Shown here one piece after another: positions 29,769 through 39,247 of a DNA stretch of 64,000 nucleotides. The DNA is from a bacterium. GTDB lineage: Bacteria; Actinomycetota; Acidimicrobiia; Spongiisociales; JAENVV01. The stretch spans positions 32,174 through 96,173 of the forward strand of contig JAHEDI010000009.1 of NCBI GenBank assembly GCA_024641305.1, read 5' to 3'. The translations under genes and the position numbers were made by a program. How positions within the stretch are numbered: position 1 is the stretch's first letter; every line of letters begins with the position of its first letter. Under the pieces are notes generated by a model, which saw only the letters and a list, made by a program, of their open reading frames with translations, was not told where the DNA came from and made no database searches.

Positions 29769-31565
29769 CTAAGGGGCGAGCAGTTCGGCCAGCGACGGGT
29801 TATCGATCTCGGACCCGAGTAGGCGAGCAGCTTGTCCGGCGCTCTCGTCACCAAGGGCTTCGGTATGGAGCAGCGACCGAACCAACAGTTCCTTCATGCC
29901 GGTTCGCGAGGCCAGCGAGCGCATCAAGGCGGCCCAGGATCCGGTCTCGGGGTGGCCGTGACGCCGACCCATCTCGCATTGAGCGTCGAGGATGTACGCG
30001 TCCAACCAGACGTACGGATCGGCCAGGCGATTGCATCGGATCCGGGCATCGGCGAGGATCTCAAACGCCCGTTCAGCATGCCCGGCGGTTTCAGCGGCCA
30101 AAGCGAGCCCGCGAGCTGACATACCCTCCCAACAGGGATCGCCAAGCTGACAAGCTCTTGCGAAGGCTTGGTCGAGGAACTCAGAAGCCAGGGCTGGCCG
30201 CGATCGCCCCAATTCGACCTCCCCTCGCATAGCCTGTGGCCACGGCAAGAACGCCAGCCAACGACCTCGTTCACATAGGTCGATCGAGAGATCGAGGCTT
30301 CGGGTCGCCTCATCGAAATCGCCTCGGAGGAGATGAATTCGACCGAGCATCGACAGGGCATAGACCTCCCTTGGGGCCTCGCCCGCCGCACGGGCGGCTT
30401 CCAAACCTTTGTCGAGGTGAGCCAAAGCTTCTGGATAATTGGCGCGATCGCTCTCGACAGACCCGAGATACATTTCGGCTTTGGCAACCATCGATAACGA
30501 ATCCTTGCCAAGAGAAAGGGCATCGGTTAACCACAACTCGGCCCGGTCATAACGAGCCCTTAGGAAATCGACATACCCAATCTCTGCGCGAGCCTGGGCC
30601 GCTAGTCCCGGTTCGTCAATAGTCACCGCAATCTCATCAGCGACGTGCAATGCGGCCACCCCCTCCTCGTCCTGGCCGCGAAGCGAATGAATCAGCGCCT
30701 CCGCAAGGGCGAGGCGGGAAGTAACTCGCAGCCGATCAAAAGAGGCCCTATCGGCCAGCGCCACGCCGCTGCGCAAGGAATGAAGTCCGGCCTCGGTAGC
30801 CCCGGCGGCCACCGCGGCCACGCCGGACTCAACAGTCGCTTCAACCGAAACGGAATCGGTCAGCCCGTCGTCCTGAACGAGCGGAACGCGTATCGCGGCT
30901 TGGACGGACGGGCCTGGGGTCACCCCCAACTCGGCGGCGAACAATCGGGTGCAGGCCGCCAGTTGACGGTTGGCGGCCTGCTCATCGCCGGCCAGTCGGT
31001 ACAGCCGCAGAAGCAAAGCCTGATGATTCTCATCGAGGGCGTTCATCCCAACCAGACTTACGGCATAACCGATCGCACGGACCAGGTCACCCATCGACAT
31101 CATGCCGAGCGCTGCCTCATGCAACATGGCTTCGGTGGCCGCAGCCAGGTAACGTTGCTCAGACAAAAGCCACGTTTCGAAAATGGCCGCATCTTGGAAG
31201 GTAGCTCCTTCGAGAAGTTCCGAACCGAACCCTGGCAGGAGAACGGCTTCGGCCCACGTCCCCTTCGTGAGTACGTTGACGTCTACCGAAACATCTTCCG
31301 GTAACTGGAGACCCAGTGGGTCGCCTTCGATGGATCCGCTTACACCGACCGCTCGACGGATCTCGCCGATACTCCAACGCAAAGCTCTGAGAGGATCGTC
31401 GGCAGCCCCGAACAACAGTGAAGCGAGCTGACTTCGAGACGGCGGCCGCTCGGTCAACATCAGATAGGCAAGAAGCGCCCAACTTTTCCGACTTCGGAAC
31501 CGGTAAATCTCCTCCGATCCGTCAGTGATGGACGGGCGGCCCAAAAGATGGATGGCAAAACTCAT
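29769..31565 (-). CDS. SARP-like regulator: wHTH + BTAD + TPR repeats (no ATPase domain)
   Basis: IHLLGRP, ALLAYL, LRWSIGEIRR, ENHQALLLRLY...LAACTRLFAAELGVTPG, followed by TPR-like helices. Confidence 0.85.
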   Translation of the reverse strand: MSFAIHLLGRPSITDGSEEIYRFRSRKSWALLAYLMLTERPPSRSQLASLLFGAADDPLRALRWSIGEIRRAVGVSGSIEGDPLGLQLPEDVSVDVNVLTKGTWAEAVLLPGFGSELLEGATFQDAAIFETWLLSEQRYLAAATEAMLHEAALGMMSMGDLVRAIGYAVSLVGMNALDENHQALLLRLYRLAGDEQAANRQLAACTRLFAAELGVTPGPSVQAAIRVPLVQDDGLTDSVSVEATVESGVAAVAAGATEAGLHSLRSGVALADRASFDRLRVTSRLALAEALIHSLRGQDEEGVAALHVADEIAVTIDEPGLAAQARAEIGYVDFLRARYDRAELWLTDALSLGKDSLSMVAKAEMYLGSVESDRANYPEALAHLDKGLEAARAAGEAPREVYALSMLGRIHLLRGDFDEATRSLDLSIDLCERGRWLAFLPWPQAMRGEVELGRSRPALASEFLDQAFARACQLGDPCWEGMSARGLALAAETAGHAERAFEILADARIRCNRLADPYVWLDAYILDAQCEMGRRHGHPETGSWAALMRSLASRTGMKELLVRSLLHTEALGDESAGQAARLLGSEIDNPSLAELLAP

Positions 31566-31590
31566 ACGGTTTCCAAGAAAAATGAACCTA

Positions 31591-31621
31591 CATCAAGAAG
31601 TCGTCAAACGCTGCGTCAAAC
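31591..31621. promoter_or_regulatory. Direct repeats at 11-12 nt spacing (candidate SARP/BTAD operator)
   Basis: CATCAAG (31591), CGTCAAAC (31602) and CGTCAAAC (31614) in the divergent intergenic region. Confidence 0.4.
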
Positions 31622-31687
31622 AGCCATGCGGTTCAATGCCCCCAGAACCTCGAAAACGTCGGGGTCACGAACGGATAGGAACCACCC

Positions 31688-31939
31688 ATGTCACTCTACC
31701 TGGATGTCCATACCATCGAAGGCGGCGTTTCGGCCGACGACGTAGCCGGCGCCCATGCCGCAGATCTCGCCACGCAAGAGGCCCACGGGGTCCGTTATCT
31801 GAAGTATTGGGTTGACGAGCAAGCGGGCAAAATCTTCTGCCTGGTCGAAGCACCTGACGCCGAGGCAGCCAATACCGTTCATCGCGAAGCCCACGGACTC
31901 GTTGCGGACGAAATCTATCCCGTTACCGAATTCGAATAG
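31688..31939 (+). CDS. SCO4226/DUF4242 family nickel-binding protein
   Basis: YLDVH, AHAADLATQEAHGVRYLKYWVDE, IFCLVEAPDAEAANTVHREAHGLVADEI. Confidence 0.88.
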   Translation: MSLYLDVHTIEGGVSADDVAGAHAADLATQEAHGVRYLKYWVDEQAGKIFCLVEAPDAEAANTVHREAHGLVADEIYPVTEFE

Positions 31940-31986
31940 GCCGCACGTGGCCGACAATAGAACGCTCCAAATCGACCAGGGTGAAA

Positions 31987-32634
31987 ATGAGTGATCTGAA
32001 CGACATGATGCAGGCAGCCGAGTCGGAATGGCTCGAAAAATGGACAGATGGGCCCACGGAGAAAACTTCAAGCTTGCTCTCCCCTGGAACCCCGGCGCCC
32101 GATCTGGCCATGCCGGACCAGTCTGGGACCGTTAGGCACCTGGCAGAGTTTTGGGCCGGAGGACCGGCCTTGATCATGTTCTGGCGCCACTTTGGTTGCA
32201 GCTGCGGCGCAGACCGGGCACGGCGACTTATCGCCGAATACGATACATACGAACAAGCCAACCTGACTCCGGTAATCATCTCCCAAGGTGAACCGGAGCG
32301 GACCGCAATCTACGGAACCACCCATGGCATACCCTGTCCAATCTTGTGCGATCCCGATCACGACGCCTATCGAAAATTCGGTGTCGGGCAGTGGGCGGTG
32401 GAACAGGTTCTCTTCGATGCGCCTCCCGAATACTGGACGCATCCTCGAAAAATTGGCATCGAGTTCCAGGATGCGAAACGTCGCGACGGAAGAACCCCCG
32501 TCGACGATCCCTGGCGAGCAACCGCCGAGTTCGTCATCGGCGCCAACGGACTCGTCCGACTGGCTTACTCCTACCAACATTGCGAGGACTACCCGGAACC
32601 GCTCGTCCTTACAACCGCAGCAATGCTCAGCTGA
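31987..32634 (+). CDS. Peroxiredoxin-like (AhpC/TSA, PRXL2-like) redox protein
   Basis: PAPDLAMPD, FWRHFGCSC, ILCDPD, FVIGANG; thioredoxin-fold pattern. Confidence 0.75.
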   Translation: MSDLNDMMQAAESEWLEKWTDGPTEKTSSLLSPGTPAPDLAMPDQSGTVRHLAEFWAGGPALIMFWRHFGCSCGADRARRLIAEYDTYEQANLTPVIISQGEPERTAIYGTTHGIPCPILCDPDHDAYRKFGVGQWAVEQVLFDAPPEYWTHPRKIGIEFQDAKRRDGRTPVDDPWRATAEFVIGANGLVRLAYSYQHCEDYPEPLVLTTAAMLS

Positions 32635-32660
32635 GAACCGACTCGACGCCTACCCGAATC

Positions 32661-32933
32661 TCAGCGAGCCACCGTGGCGCCTGAACGTTCGGCTCGATCA
32701 AGGGCCGACAGGATGGCTTCGACCAGGTCACGCGCCGCCTGCTCGGTCAGTTCGACGGCGACTCTGGCACCCGGACCGATCGCTTCGTTCACGAAGTCGA
32801 TGTTCAGGGCATGCTCCACCTGAAGGTCAAAGGGGTGATCGAACGACACGTATGCGTGGTCGATGGGAAACCACCTGGTCGTCTCTTTGGCTGAACCTTT
32901 CACTTCTATTCGCTCTGCGATCATTGTGCACAT
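32661..32933 (-). CDS. DUF6295-like small protein
   Basis: MCTMI...GSAK...YVSFDHP...EHALNIDFVN...RVAVEL...ARDL. Start placed at the ATG at 32933. Confidence 0.7.
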   Translation of the reverse strand: MCTMIAERIEVKGSAKETTRWFPIDHAYVSFDHPFDLQVEHALNIDFVNEAIGPGARVAVELTEQAARDLVEAILSALDRAERSGATVAR

Positions 32934-32952
32934 GGATGTGGTCCCTTCTTGA

Positions 32953-33714
32953 TCAGCCGAGGTGCGATTTGAAGAAATCGAAGACCTTCTGCCAGCCGTC
33001 GAGCGCCTGCTCGGCCCGGTACGCAGAAGGACGGTTGTAGTAGAAAAACCCATGCCCCGCTCCGTCGTATCTGTGAAACACATACTGCTTGGCGTGCTTC
33101 TTGAGTTCAGCTTCGTGCTGGTCTACCTGTTCAGGGGTCGGAGAGCTGTCATCGTTGCCGAATAAGCCGAGGAGTGGACACCCAAGATCTTTGGTGTAGT
33201 CGACCGGCGCAACCGGCCGCTTGTCGTTCAGATCATCCGGACCCACCACGACCCCTCCACCCCACAGGTCGGCAACGGCGTCGAATCCGTCCTGGATCAG
33301 GCAGGCAGCCAGGAAAGCATGGCGACCACCTGAGCAAGTACCGATCACGCCAACTCTCCCAGTGGCATACGGTTGCGACCGCAGGAAGGCCAGTGCCCCG
33401 GCGACATCACCAACCACTTGATCATCGGCAACCCCGCCGTCTGACCGTACCCGGGCAGCGACGTCTTCGGGAGTCCCATGCCCGGCTCGACAGTACAGGT
33501 CGGGCGACACGACCGCGAAGCCGTGGTCGGCGAACTTGCGAGCCATCTCGCGATACCACTCATCCCATCCGGGCAGATGATGCACCAGCACAATGCCAGG
33601 GAACGGGCCCGGCCCAAGTGGACGAGCCAGATATGCATGAACTCGGTCCCCGCCATGGCCCGTAATCGTGGCGGTTTCGGCCACCATTCCCATGTACTGA
33701 CCTGTCTGGTACAT
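32953..33714 (-). CDS. Dienelactone hydrolase family protein
   Basis: GVIGTCSGG nucleophile elbow, GNDD and YDGAGHGFF. Confidence 0.9.
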   Translation of the reverse strand: MYQTGQYMGMVAETATITGHGGDRVHAYLARPLGPGPFPGIVLVHHLPGWDEWYREMARKFADHGFAVVSPDLYCRAGHGTPEDVAARVRSDGGVADDQVVGDVAGALAFLRSQPYATGRVGVIGTCSGGRHAFLAACLIQDGFDAVADLWGGGVVVGPDDLNDKRPVAPVDYTKDLGCPLLGLFGNDDSSPTPEQVDQHEAELKKHAKQYVFHRYDGAGHGFFYYNRPSAYRAEQALDGWQKVFDFFKSHLG

Positions 33715-33864
33715 CTCTTCCTCCGTTGATCAAGGCCGGACTCAACCGCAGACCCTATCTGCGCGAGTTCATTGACCGACGCTACACGAACCATGACTTG
33801 ACGAACATGGCACAAGAAGCCAAGCAGGAGATGTTGCCAGGGCGCCTTCTCGAGAGCATCGACG

Positions 33865-34902
33865 TCAGGGCTTGATGAATACCTTGCCGTTCAACTTCGC
33901 CAATTCTTTAGGCAAACGTTCGATGACCTCATCGAGCGGAATGATGGCAGTTACCTCGGTACGCCACTCGCCGCTAGCGAAGCGCATCTGAGCAGTCTGG
34001 ATGGCTGCCATCTTGTCAGCCAATGGCTTTTCGGCCATCCACCGGGTGAGCCAAAAGCCCTCGATCGATTTCATCATGAAGATCAGGTGTCCGGGCTCGG
34101 TGAGGGTTGGCAGTTCGGCGTCCAGCTTGCCGTAGATGACCCAGCGCGCCCTGCGAGGCATGGCAGCGAAGACATCGGCGCTGACCTGGTTGGCTACCGC
34201 ATCGAGAAAGATCCGCGGTTTCTCATCCCTCATGACCGATCTCAAGCGCCCGGCGTAATCCTCCGACTCGCTATTCAATACCTCCACTGCACCCAGGGCT
34301 TTGAGGGATTCGATCTGGCTTTCACGCCGGACAATCGCGATCGGACGGTAACCCTCGTCCTTGGCAGACGAGATCATCAACTTGGAGAGTTGGCTGGCAC
34401 CGGCAGACACGATAAACGCCTTCGCTCCATCCTCTTTCACGATATCGAACATGGCAAGAGCGGTGAGCGGATTCACGATCATCGCCGCGCCGTCTTCATC
34501 GCGAACTGCCTCGACCAGCGGAATACACGTCGTCGCATCGGCGATGGAGTACTCACTCCAGGTACCGGACGTTGCCCAAGCGGCCACAAACGCCACCCGT
34601 TGGCCGACCAATCCATCGGCATATGCACCGCCACCAGAGGCAACCACTTCGCCGACACCTTCGAAGCCGGCCGGATTCCCTTGGATTCGCGGCTGGCCGT
34701 AGAGGCCCTGAATGAACATCTCGTCTGACGGATTGACTGAGGCAAGAGCTACCCGGACTCGCACCTGCCCATTGGACGGATCAGGTACCAGAACGTCTGC
34801 CAATGAGACGAAGCGTGCCACCTCGGTCAACACAGCGCTGTCGGGTCTTGCCGACGCGTAGCCGTCATCGACCAGGGTAAGGGCTTTCATCGTGTCAGTC
34901 AT
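33865..34902 (-). CDS. MDR family NADPH:quinone oxidoreductase-like protein
   Basis: ASVNPSD, GFEGVGEVV, VNPLTA, SAGASQLS, FLDAV, IEGFWL. Confidence 0.85.
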   Translation of the reverse strand: MTDTMKALTLVDDGYASARPDSAVLTEVARFVSLADVLVPDPSNGQVRVRVALASVNPSDEMFIQGLYGQPRIQGNPAGFEGVGEVVASGGGAYADGLVGQRVAFVAAWATSGTWSEYSIADATTCIPLVEAVRDEDGAAMIVNPLTALAMFDIVKEDGAKAFIVSAGASQLSKLMISSAKDEGYRPIAIVRRESQIESLKALGAVEVLNSESEDYAGRLRSVMRDEKPRIFLDAVANQVSADVFAAMPRRARWVIYGKLDAELPTLTEPGHLIFMMKSIEGFWLTRWMAEKPLADKMAAIQTAQMRFASGEWRTEVTAIIPLDEVIERLPKELAKLNGKVFIKP

Positions 34903-35058
34903 TCGGCGGCTCCTTGGTCAGTAGTCCCAACACCTCATTATGACCGACTACTTGTCCATCCCGTCAGCCTATGGTCGACCGAAGTTGGATTCCGATTTCC
35001 ACTGGCTCGCCCGGCGGCGTCGAACATCAGGACACCGGGTCAATGACAAGGTGTTCGA

Positions 35059-35526
35059 CTACTTCAGGAATATGTAGTGAGCGAGGATCTGATCTCCGTC
35101 GATCTTCAGAACCGATATCCCCTCAACGTTTCCCCAGTACCCGCCAAAGTCCCACTGATACGACGAAACGACGAAGTCACCTTCGGTAAACGGGTCACCG
35201 CTCACCAACACCGAGGCGGCAGGATAGTTGTTGGCATAGTTGGCAATTGCCTCCGGGCCGACGTACGTTCCGCTGCCATTGACGAACTCAATCCGGCCGT
35301 TAGCGGGGAAGAACCCGGCTACGGCATCCCCGTCCAGACTTGCCCAGGCGGCGTTGTAATCGGCGGCCAGGGCTTCCATGTCGCTTTGACCGCCGATGAA
35401 ACCAGTCGTCATCGCCAGGACGAGAGCCAACCCCAAGCTAACGATGGCCAAAATGGCTGTGGTGATCTTCCACGGATCGGAGCGAACAGAGTCGCTCGTG
35501 AGAGGTTTGACGTCCAGCGTTGTCAT
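35059..35526 (-). CDS. Membrane-anchored NTF2/SnoaL-like protein
   Basis: One TM helix, then YNAAWASLDGDAVAGFF and GPEAIANY. GGAG RBS before the ATG at 35526. Confidence 0.7.
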   Translation of the reverse strand: MTTLDVKPLTSDSVRSDPWKITTAILAIVSLGLALVLAMTTGFIGGQSDMEALAADYNAAWASLDGDAVAGFFPANGRIEFVNGSGTYVGPEAIANYANNYPAASVLVSGDPFTEGDFVVSSYQWDFGGYWGNVEGISVLKIDGDQILAHYIFLK

Positions 35527-35718
35527 TTGTGGCTCCTTCCGGCGCACTGCATGCAGAATGCACGTCCTTGGCGGGTGGAGCTGCACAAGTTCGGGACCAC
35601 CCGCGGCGCTCGGTACCAATCGTCCCACCCGTACAGGTTCTGGAATAGGGCCAACGGACCTACAAATTCAACTGCGCAAGGTTATGGCTGCCCAAGGCTG
35701 GATCACCGAATCCACCCT

Positions 35719-36348
35719 TCACCCCGGTAAAGGGTCATTTCGATGGTCTGAACCTCGACCCTCAACGAACCAGATCGCCCGCACCGGAACATCGCCGTCG
35801 TTGAAAAGCCGATGCGGCTCGGTTGAGTCAAAGGCGATGGAATCACCCGGTGCCAGGTCATACCGGACAAAGCCAATCTGGACGCTCAACGTTCCCGAAA
35901 CGATGTAGCCGTACTCGCGACCGTGGTGTCTCATCAGCGTCGCGTCCGGCGTTGATGCCCCTCCGACCTCATAAATGGCTTCGAGGAAGTCGACCCCGTC
36001 TTCATCAGTGGTGCTCAACTCTTCCCATCGGACGCCCGAGTCGAGGTCGATGGCTTTGCGTTGGTGCGGACGAACAACGGACTCAATCGAGGTGGCCGGT
36101 GGGGCGGTTCCCGGCTGTTCAAACTGGTCACCTCGGATGATCCGGTCGAGCGACAGACCAAGTTCGGTCACTATCGCGTACAAGGTCCCAACGGAGGGCT
36201 TGGAAAGACCGCTCTCGATCTGCGAGATCAAGCTCGGCGATAGCCCGAGCCGTCTTGCCAACTCGCGCTGACTAATTCCCGCCTTGGTCCGCTCCACCCG
36301 AAGACGGTCACCAATCCGGTCGAGCTTTTCGTTCAAATCAGTTTGCAT
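35719..36348 (-). CDS. XRE-family HTH + cupin regulator (PuuR-like)
   Basis: ISQRELARRLGLSPSLISQIESG, HHGREYGYIVSG, GDSIAFDSTEPHR; divergent from the ABC/amidohydrolase operon. Confidence 0.9.
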   Translation of the reverse strand: MQTDLNEKLDRIGDRLRVERTKAGISQRELARRLGLSPSLISQIESGLSKPSVGTLYAIVTELGLSLDRIIRGDQFEQPGTAPPATSIESVVRPHQRKAIDLDSGVRWEELSTTDEDGVDFLEAIYEVGGASTPDATLMRHHGREYGYIVSGTLSVQIGFVRYDLAPGDSIAFDSTEPHRLFNDGDVPVRAIWFVEGRGSDHRNDPLPG

Positions 36349-36587
36349 ACGAACCTCGCCTACCTGAACCGCAGCCGACAGCATGACTTCTTCCAGGACG
36401 GAATTCGACTCAGAAACGAGGATAAACATCTGACGCAGCTCCGTGCAGCCTCACTGAGCACTTTTACGCCAAATGGATGAGAAGTCGACTACCTCGGCGT
36501 CCGCCCAAACCGCAGCAGTTTCTCCTCTCAGCCCCTTGGCAAAAGGTCTTCACAAGGATATGGATTTCGGCCGCACCGGCCCGAGAA

Positions 36588-36624
36588 GAGTGTGTAGTGT
36601 CACTAATCGTGGACCTACACACTC
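36588..36624. promoter_or_regulatory. Perfect 10-bp inverted repeat (candidate operator or hairpin)
   Basis: GAGTGTGTAG-N17-CTACACACTC between the XRE regulator and the operon start. Confidence 0.5.
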
Positions 36625-36774
36625 ATCCAGTCGCGCCATACCGGTCTGTTTTGGAACCCCGCCGATGACATCCGCTTGGGCAGCCAACCTCCAGACCGAA
36701 TCCGAACTCGGGCGGGTGGCCGGTGCCGGCGGGTCATTCCTGCGGCCGGTCTTGTTTGACCAGGGTGCCTGCCA

Positions 36775-38109
36775 ATGAGCCGAAAGACGCTTATTCGGGG
36801 TGGAACCGTTCTCACCCTCGGCGCACGAACACCCAACTTTACCGAAGCAGATGTGCTCATCGAGGACGACAGAGTTGTCGAGGTGGCACCAGGAATCCGG
36901 GCCAGGGATGCCGAGGTCGTCGATGCGTCGGATGCAATCGTGATGCCCGGATTTATCGATACGCACCGTCACGTCTGGAAGTCGCTGTTTCGCAATTTCG
37001 GTGTCATGAGCGACGGAGCGTCGAACTCTGCAGCCCGGTATGGGCCGCACTACCAACCCGACGACGCTTACGCAGCCACCCTGATTGGTTTACTTGGCGC
37101 CGTCGCGGCAGGGATCACCACTGTCGTCGATTGGTCTGACATTCAGATCGATGAGGCCTACACCGAGGCGGTCCTCCAAGCCCACGCCGACGCCGGCCTC
37201 CGGACCGTCTTCGTTCATGCTTCACCCCCATGGACAGATAGTCACGATAACCGCACCCAGGCGATTCGACACCTGGTTGAATCTCGGCCGGTAACTCCTG
37301 GATCACTGACAACGTATGCGATAGGACCGCCCGAATCGGACCCCTCGAGGCTTGAGCAGATTGAGGTCGACTGGGCACTGGCCAGAGCACTAGGTCTACG
37401 GATACATGTGCACGCCGGGACGTTGAAGTCAGCCACCGGTACGATCGCATCGATGTCAGGGAAGGGAATGCTCGGAGAAGACGTCACGCTGATCCACTGT
37501 TCCAACCTTGATGACAAAGACCTGACAGCAATCGCCTCATCGGGCGCCCGGGTGTCGCTGACTCCCGCCGCTGAAATGGCCGAAGGCTTCGGATCTCCGC
37601 CGATCCAGCAACTAATCGACCACTCCATTCGTCCGGGCCTGGGAGTAGACAACGAACAGCTTGTCCCTGGAGACATATTTGCCCAGATGCGGGCGCTCAT
37701 TTCGGTTCAGCATGCAACCCTCTTCGATCTCAAACTGGCCGGCAAAGCCGGCATCCCCAACCTCATGAGTACACGCGACGTGATCCGGCACGCCACCATC
37801 GACGGCGCTCGGGTTTCCGGCCTCGGCGAGGTGACGGGATCGCTCGAACCGGGCAAGCAGGCCGATATTGTGGTACTCCGGACCGACCGCCCCAACATCT
37901 ACCCGATAAACGACCCGATCGGAGCAGTGGTATGGGGCATGGACACCTCCAATATCGATTGGGTGTTTGTCGCCGGCCGGGCCCTCGTTCGTAGCGGGGC
38001 CCTCGAAGGGAATATGGATCGGGCTCGGGATCTGGCGATATCAGCCAGAGATCGGGTGGCGTCGGCCGCCGGCCTCGAAGTCGGGGTAAACCAGGACGCT
38101 CCACAATGA
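36775..38109 (+). CDS. Metal-dependent amidohydrolase (MTA/SAH deaminase/TrzA-like superfamily), free paralog
   Basis: VMPGFIDTHRH, HVH, LIHC, GLGVD and GSLEPGKQADIV. Confidence 0.88.
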   Translation: MSRKTLIRGGTVLTLGARTPNFTEADVLIEDDRVVEVAPGIRARDAEVVDASDAIVMPGFIDTHRHVWKSLFRNFGVMSDGASNSAARYGPHYQPDDAYAATLIGLLGAVAAGITTVVDWSDIQIDEAYTEAVLQAHADAGLRTVFVHASPPWTDSHDNRTQAIRHLVESRPVTPGSLTTYAIGPPESDPSRLEQIEVDWALARALGLRIHVHAGTLKSATGTIASMSGKGMLGEDVTLIHCSNLDDKDLTAIASSGARVSLTPAAEMAEGFGSPPIQQLIDHSIRPGLGVDNEQLVPGDIFAQMRALISVQHATLFDLKLAGKAGIPNLMSTRDVIRHATIDGARVSGLGEVTGSLEPGKQADIVVLRTDRPNIYPINDPIGAVVWGMDTSNIDWVFVAGRALVRSGALEGNMDRARDLAISARDRVASAAGLEVGVNQDAPQ

Positions 38110-39158
38110 AAACGACTCGCGCACCGTCATCGGCCCTCACGTCTTTCGTGGTGGCATCCAGGTACATGCCCGTGTATCTGGCACTCATCGTTCTGGTCGT
38201 CGTGGCCTCGATATGGGCACCCGCGACGTTGGGCAACGCTGGACTCAGTGCGATAGCTCTGTTTGGAACCTACCTCGCCATCACCGCTCTCGGCCAGATG
38301 CTGGTGATCATGGCGGGCGGAATCGATCTCAGCGTGCCAGGGACTTTCACGCTTGGTGCGATTGTGATGGTCGGAGTCGGGCAACAGGCGAATGAGCGCA
38401 TTTGGATCGCCATCCTGACAGCAGTCGGTTTGGCGGCCCTGGTCGGTCTGGTCAACGGCATCATCATTGGTGGACTGAAGCTCAACGCTTTGATCGTGAC
38501 CCTGGCCGTAGGTCAGGTCGTAACCGGGATCGTCAACCGGTATCACAAGACATTTGCTATCCAGAGTTCGATACCACCAGCACTCTCCGACTGGATGACC
38601 GTTCGCTTCCTCGGGATCTCAAGACCATTTTGGATAGGGGTCGCCCTAACCGCACTGCTTATCTTCGCGTTTCGATACACCACCGTCGGTCGGAGGTTTC
38701 AGGTCGTCGGAGCCAACCCGGTGGCGTCTCTGGTCAGCGGGCTCAGGGTGAACCTGAATCAGATATCCGCCTATGTGGTAGCTGCAATGCTCTATGCCAT
38801 TGCCGGCGTGCTATTTGCCGCACTCCTCCGCAACCCCGGCGTCACTATCGGGGCACCCTATCTCCTCGGTCCGATCGCAGCCGTTGTAATCGGCGGAGCC
38901 TCGCTGACCGGTGGCTTGGCCAGCCCGCTGTCAACGTGGGCGGCGGCCTTCTTCCTGGCCGGCCTCAATCAGATGATGAGGGTCATGGGTCTCCCGACCG
39001 CCCTCCAGTTCGTCGTATTCGGCCTGGTCATCATCGGGGGCATGCTGGTTTCGGGCGATCGGATCATCAAAGGCGTGGAGCAAGTCCTCCGCGAGCGACG
39101 ACGACCTCCCCGCATCGAGAAACACGGAATGAAGAGCTCAATCGACGGACCCGGCTGA
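38106..39158 (+). CDS. CUT2 (RbsC-like) ABC permease 1
   Basis: GGIDLSV, TTVGRRFQVVGANPVASLVSG, IAAVVIGGASLTGG. Confidence 0.9.
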   Translation: MKTTRAPSSALTSFVVASRYMPVYLALIVLVVVASIWAPATLGNAGLSAIALFGTYLAITALGQMLVIMAGGIDLSVPGTFTLGAIVMVGVGQQANERIWIAILTAVGLAALVGLVNGIIIGGLKLNALIVTLAVGQVVTGIVNRYHKTFAIQSSIPPALSDWMTVRFLGISRPFWIGVALTALLIFAFRYTTVGRRFQVVGANPVASLVSGLRVNLNQISAYVVAAMLYAIAGVLFAALLRNPGVTIGAPYLLGPIAAVVIGGASLTGGLASPLSTWAAAFFLAGLNQMMRVMGLPTALQFVVFGLVIIGGMLVSGDRIIKGVEQVLRERRRPPRIEKHGMKSSIDGPG

Positions 39159-39247
39159 GCCAAAGATCTTCAATAGCGAGTCCCTGAAAAATGATTACCA
39201 ACAGTGAATGAGAAACGTTGGGCTAGACCGCCCAGATGGAGGAAAAG

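Noticed and set aside
31987-32634. Selenoprotein (Sec) form of the peroxiredoxin-like gene
   Set aside because: Both redox positions are Cys codons; no in-frame TGA.
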